DNA from: an uncultured delta proteobacterium | GTDB taxonomy: Bacteria; Desulfobacterota; Desulfobacteria; Desulfobacterales; JAHEIW01 | Length of the DNA stretch: 64,000 bases | Assembly (NCBI GenBank): GCA_963706575.1 | Contig: CAVPNL010000006.1 | Location: forward strand, 96,001 to 160,000 | Direction of reading: 5' to 3' | Shown: positions 59,919-64,000 of the stretch, piece by piece | Layout of the letters: every line of letters starts with the position of its first letter | Numbering within the stretch: position 1 is the first letter of the stretch | Position numbers and translations under genes: made by a program | Notes under the pieces: model-generated | Seen by the model: only the letters and a program-made list of their open reading frames with translations | What the model was told of the DNA's origin: nothing | The model's database searches: none

Positions 59919-61895
59919 ATGGAAAAAAATCCGCTGCCGGATGCAGCGAATTCACTGGCTAAAATGCGTAAATTCTTGATTCCCTCCTATCTTATAGCAA
60001 CCATCATATATTTAGCTTTTTCGTTACATTATTTCACAACCGGCTTGGGAGGAACCATGCTCCTGGCCGTAACCCTCGTCCCCATCGCATACGTGCTGTG
60101 GGTAATGAATTCCTTTGTCGAAGGCGTGCTGCCGTATCCACGTCTAGGACTTAAACTTAATATTGCCATAGCCGGCGCCTACATCGCTATGTGCATCTTT
60201 TCCCTAATATACATGCGAGTGGAGTATGACGCCCTCATTTATGACAGAGCGGGTTTCTATAATATCCATGACAAAATCGTAGGCCTGATGATGCTCGGTC
60301 TTGTGATCGAATATACCAGACGCGAGCATCGTACCCTCTTTTATCTGATCCTGTTTCTGATGTTTTATTCCGTTTACGGGTGGATGTTCCCCGGTATATT
60401 GGGTCATCCCGGAGTCTCCTGGACAAGAGTCATAACATCCTCTTCCGTTGAGATATCATTGGGTCTATTTGGAACTTATTCGCAAACCGGGGTGGGCGTT
60501 ATCGCCGCATTTTTCATGTTTTTGGGCATTGCACAGGGATTCGGTGTTCAGGAAGCGATTGTCAAAACGTTCACCGGGTTATTTGCCAGACGTACAAACC
60601 TCATTCCACAGACGGCGGTGGTGACTTCAATGGCCATCGCTACCTGTAGTGGATCGGGAGCAGCCAATGCCGCCATAACCGGGCAGTACACGATACCGTT
60701 GATGAAAAAAGCAGGGTTTCCCTCTCTTTACGCCGGTGCGGTGGAAGCCTCAGCTTCGCTGGGCGGCTTGCTCATGCCGCCGGTCATGGCAATAGCCGGT
60801 TTCCTCATGGCCGACTTTCTGGGCGTGACTTATTTCGAGGTTATCGCTCGAGGATATGCGCCGGCACTCATTTTCTTTGCGATCATATCCCTGTCGGTTT
60901 ACCTCTTTACAGTGCGCTTCCTGCGGGGGAAGGAAAGCCGCCCGGATTCGGCGCTGCTTTCCTTTGTCGAAAGATTCTCCAAAATAGAGGTGATCAACAC
61001 GGTGGTTTTCTTTGCCTTCATCGGCGTTTTGATCTATTTAATGGGTGGGCTTTGGTTTGAAGCATCAAGAGCTGCTCTATACATCGCGGCCGGTCTCTTG
61101 ATCACCGCTTCCGTAATCCACACGTATCTCCATCCCGGGACGACCTTGGATAAGTTCAAGGAATGGGTCAGGTGTTTGCGCCAAGCCTTGGAGGCATTTG
61201 CTGCAGTCACCGCTCCGCTCATTCTCTTGCTCGCCATGCTCGGGGTGATGATCAATCTGTTCGTGGTCAGTGGATGGATGATCAAGCTAATGGGGCTACT
61301 GGCGACGGTCGGAGAATTCCATGTTGTAGCCCTTATCGGGGTGGGGTTCGTAATCGGGGTCTTTTTGGGGCTGGGAATACCGCCGTCGGCCTGTTACATC
61401 ATCTCAGCCGTGATCGTCATCCCGCCGATGATACGAATCGGGATCAACCCGTGGATCGCTCATTTCTTCTTGTTTTTCATAGCGATAATATCCGAATATT
61501 CGCCACCAACATCACTTGTCGCTGCGGTTGCTTCCCGTATTTCAGGTGCCTCCTTCATGAAGACGATGATGGTAACGCTGCAAATATCGCTTCCATTTTT
61601 CTTTCTGACATTCGCGATTTTCAATTGGGATACGTTGTTGCTGGAGCCTGGCTGGGCACAACTGGCTGCTCTGGTTGCGCTAATTATTGGATGCTCGACA
61701 GCAGCTGCCGCCATCCACGGTAGGCTTTTTGAATCTAAACGGTATGACCTTCCCGCAAGGTTTTTAGTCCTCTTGGTGGCGCTATTTGTCTTGTACTATC
61801 CTAGAGGTACCCTTTCGGTAGTGGCACTGATACCCGCCGCGGCCATGATCGTTCTTGTGATCTTGCGGAGCCAAAAAATAGCGGCACCTTCTTAA
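59919..61895 (+). CDS. TRAP fused 4TM/12TM permease
   Basis: SGSGAANA, TIPLMKKAGF, EASASLGG..MPPVM, GLGIPP, SPP. Confidence 0.88.
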   Translation: MEKNPLPDAANSLAKMRKFLIPSYLIATIIYLAFSLHYFTTGLGGTMLLAVTLVPIAYVLWVMNSFVEGVLPYPRLGLKLNIAIAGAYIAMCIFSLIYMRVEYDALIYDRAGFYNIHDKIVGLMMLGLVIEYTRREHRTLFYLILFLMFYSVYGWMFPGILGHPGVSWTRVITSSSVEISLGLFGTYSQTGVGVIAAFFMFLGIAQGFGVQEAIVKTFTGLFARRTNLIPQTAVVTSMAIATCSGSGAANAAITGQYTIPLMKKAGFPSLYAGAVEASASLGGLLMPPVMAIAGFLMADFLGVTYFEVIARGYAPALIFFAIISLSVYLFTVRFLRGKESRPDSALLSFVERFSKIEVINTVVFFAFIGVLIYLMGGLWFEASRAALYIAAGLLITASVIHTYLHPGTTLDKFKEWVRCLRQALEAFAAVTAPLILLLAMLGVMINLFVVSGWMIKLMGLLATVGEFHVVALIGVGFVIGVFLGLGIPPSACYIISAVIVIPPMIRIGINPWIAHFFLFFIAIISEYSPPTSLVAAVASRISGASFMKTMMVTLQISLPFFFLTFAIFNWDTLLLEPGWAQLAALVALIIGCSTAAAAIHGRLFESKRYDLPARFLVLLVALFVLYYPRGTLSVVALIPAAAMIVLVILRSQKIAAPS

Positions 61896-61996
61896 GATTG
61901 CGATACCCGCTCCACCGGCCTCCACCCGCACGGCGTTCATCCCGGTTCAAGGGATATTTGCCATTGTTGCACCCGTTCTGTCGCAATTTGATGGGC

Positions 61997-62623
61997 TCAA
62001 AGGCTTACGCGACGCTCATTGCTGTCCGGATACGGATACTCCATATGCCGGGCCGTAGTCCGAGCGATATGTTCGCCGAGGTATCGGGCAACCACCTTGA
62101 GGGCCATATCGATGCCCGCTGAGATGCCTGCCGATGTCACCACGCGGCCGTCTTCGACGACATGTTTTTGGAATTCCACCGTCACCTCCGGAAAGGCATC
62201 ACGCATCCAGTTCAAAGATCGCCAGTGAGTGGTCGCGTGCCGTCCGTTCAACAGCCCGGCGAATCCCAGCAGCATCGATCCGGTACAAACAGAAGTCAGT
62301 GTTTCGACTTCCGCCGCGCGAGCGCGCAGCCATTCCAGCATGATCGGGTTTTTCAATTCCCTGCGTGTGCCCCAGCCCCCGGGTACAACAAGGATATGCA
62401 GGGGAGGACAGTTCTCAAAAGTGTAATGTGGCATGACTTGCATGTTGCCGGTCGTCGTGACCGGCTCAGGATACTCGGCCACCAACCATACTTCAAAGGG
62501 TGAAGGTTCTTCTCTGCGCATCTCTTCGTTAAGACGGGCGGCGGAAAAAACCTCGAACGGACCACAAAAGTCGAGCACTTCGATGTCTTCAAAAAGAACG
62601 ATCCCAACACGTTTCCTCTCCAA
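61997..62623 (-). CDS. DJ-1/PfpI family protein
   Basis: LDFCGPFEVF, VPGGWG, SVCTGS, ATTHW, TSAGISAGID. Confidence 0.9.
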   Translation of the reverse strand: MERKRVGIVLFEDIEVLDFCGPFEVFSAARLNEEMRREEPSPFEVWLVAEYPEPVTTTGNMQVMPHYTFENCPPLHILVVPGGWGTRRELKNPIMLEWLRARAAEVETLTSVCTGSMLLGFAGLLNGRHATTHWRSLNWMRDAFPEVTVEFQKHVVEDGRVVTSAGISAGIDMALKVVARYLGEHIARTTARHMEYPYPDSNERRVSL

Positions 62624-62810
62624 CTGTTTCCCCCTTTCTTTAAGATCGATAAATTGGCGACCTGCACAGCCATTTCGGTCAAATTCGCGTTATGCAGAAG
62701 TATTTCTCTATCTATTAACATCTATGGGTCTCATTTGAAATTAAGAAAGTGACATCGGACAAGAAATATTTGTTTCTGAAATTTATTGCAGAATATCATC
62801 GGCATTGTTA

Positions 62811-62954
62811 AGAAATGGTTTCAAAACCCCATCTAAGGCCCAATGGCTGCGTTGCAGGCCTCCGATAAATGCTCACATACCCACGTATGCTGCGCTTTCT
62901 CGATCGGCCTACGCCTTTCCCTTGAACCTGATCTGAGGTTTTGAAACCATTTCT
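62811..62954. mobile_element. MITE-like element sharing its internal core with the 6726 element
   Basis: Perfect 18-bp inverted ends AGAAATGGTTTCAAAACC / GGTTTTGAAACCATTTCT; internal CATAC-N4-GTATG hairpin. Confidence 0.65.
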
Positions 62955-63034
62955 AATAATGCAGAGATTCAAGTATCATGCAAGCAAGTGTGAACTTGTG
63001 AATGTTGCCAAACGATGCACACAGGAGGACTGCG

Positions 63035-63922
63035 ATGAGCGAAGCAAACTTCCACGGGGTTTTTCCCTACCTTGTTTCACCCGTTCATGAGACCGGTGAG
63101 GTGAACGCGGAGGTTCTTGCACGCCTGTGCGACGACCTTATCGAGGCTGGCGTTCACGGATTGACACCCCTGGGCTCAACCGGCGAGTTTGCCTATCTCA
63201 CCCGGCCGCAACGGCGGCGCGTCGTTGAAGTGGTCATCGCCGCGGCCAAAGGCCGAGTTCCCGTTGTTGCAGGGGTGGCTTCGACCACGATCGCTGAGGC
63301 CGTTTCCCAGGCACGGGAGTTCGAGAATCTGGGCTGCAGCGGTATCCTCGCAATTCTCGAGGCCTACTTCCCCATCCCCGATGAGGGTGTATTCGCCTAT
63401 TTCAAGGCAATCGCCGAGACGGTCTCGATTCCCGTTGTGCTCTATACCAACCCGAACTTTCAGCGATCGGACCTGAGCCTCTCCGTCATAGACCGGCTGA
63501 GCCGAATTCCCAATATTGACTACATCAAGGACGCGTCCTTCAACACCGGCCGTTTGCTGTCGATTATCAACCGGGTGGAAGGGCGGCTGCAGGTATTTGC
63601 GGCCTCGTCGCATATTCCAACATGTGTAATGCTGATCGGCGGTATCGGCTGGATGGCCGGCCCTGCTTGCGTCGCGCCGAGACAAAGCGTCGAACTCTAC
63701 GAGATTTGCCGGCGCGGCGACTGGGTTACGGCGATGGAACGTCAGCACCCGTTGTGGAATCTGAACCAGGCGTTCGCCAAGTACAATCTCGCCGCGTGCA
63801 TCAAAGGCGGCCTCCAGCTCCAGGGTTATCCCGTCGGCGAGCCCTTGCCGCCGCAGGCACCGCTACCGCCTGAGGGCGTCGAAGACGTAAGGCGTGCGCT
63901 CGCAGCAATCGGGGCTCTATAG
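63035..63922 (+). CDS. Dihydrodipicolinate synthase/N-acetylneuraminate lyase family protein
   Basis: GSTGE, LYTNP, IKDAS; AGGAGG RBS. Confidence 0.88.
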   Translation: MSEANFHGVFPYLVSPVHETGEVNAEVLARLCDDLIEAGVHGLTPLGSTGEFAYLTRPQRRRVVEVVIAAAKGRVPVVAGVASTTIAEAVSQAREFENLGCSGILAILEAYFPIPDEGVFAYFKAIAETVSIPVVLYTNPNFQRSDLSLSVIDRLSRIPNIDYIKDASFNTGRLLSIINRVEGRLQVFAASSHIPTCVMLIGGIGWMAGPACVAPRQSVELYEICRRGDWVTAMERQHPLWNLNQAFAKYNLAACIKGGLQLQGYPVGEPLPPQAPLPPEGVEDVRRALAAIGAL

Positions 63923-64000
63923 ACGGCTTTTGACAGTTGTTTTTAATACCCGAAATATATGGTGCGGATGATGGATAAGACCAAAGAAATATCGCAAACA

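Overview
This is a 64 kb bacterial chromosomal window; gene content and intergenic repeat style suggest an anaerobic Desulfobacterota/deltaproteobacterium (inferred, not proven). It contains housekeeping genes (era, engB, hisG, hisI, PBP1A, an aminotransferase), redox genes (IorAB-like pair, DMSO-reductase-family enzyme, MsrAB, AhpD/CMD, QueG-like), a two-component system flanked by two orphan LivJ-like binding proteins, and two TAXI-TRAP transporters. I saw no rRNA, tRNA, CRISPR array or transposase. The standout is a ~12.6 kb polyphosphate island (45.3-57.9 kb) with ppk1, two ppk2, ppx, a CHAD protein coupled to an orphan ParA, SixA, a metallophosphoesterase, a Gmk-like kinase, a 57%-lysine protein, other Lys-rich tails, and a 54-aa CxxC protein absent from the ORF track. 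I hypothesise that it builds and positions polyP granules. Also notable are a candidate uORF/terminator attenuator ahead of a MoxR operon, MITE-like elements with a conserved internal hairpin core, and many short-period inverted intergenic repeats. At least seven single-base frameshifts, several in homopolymers, look like sequencing errors rather than true pseudogenes.
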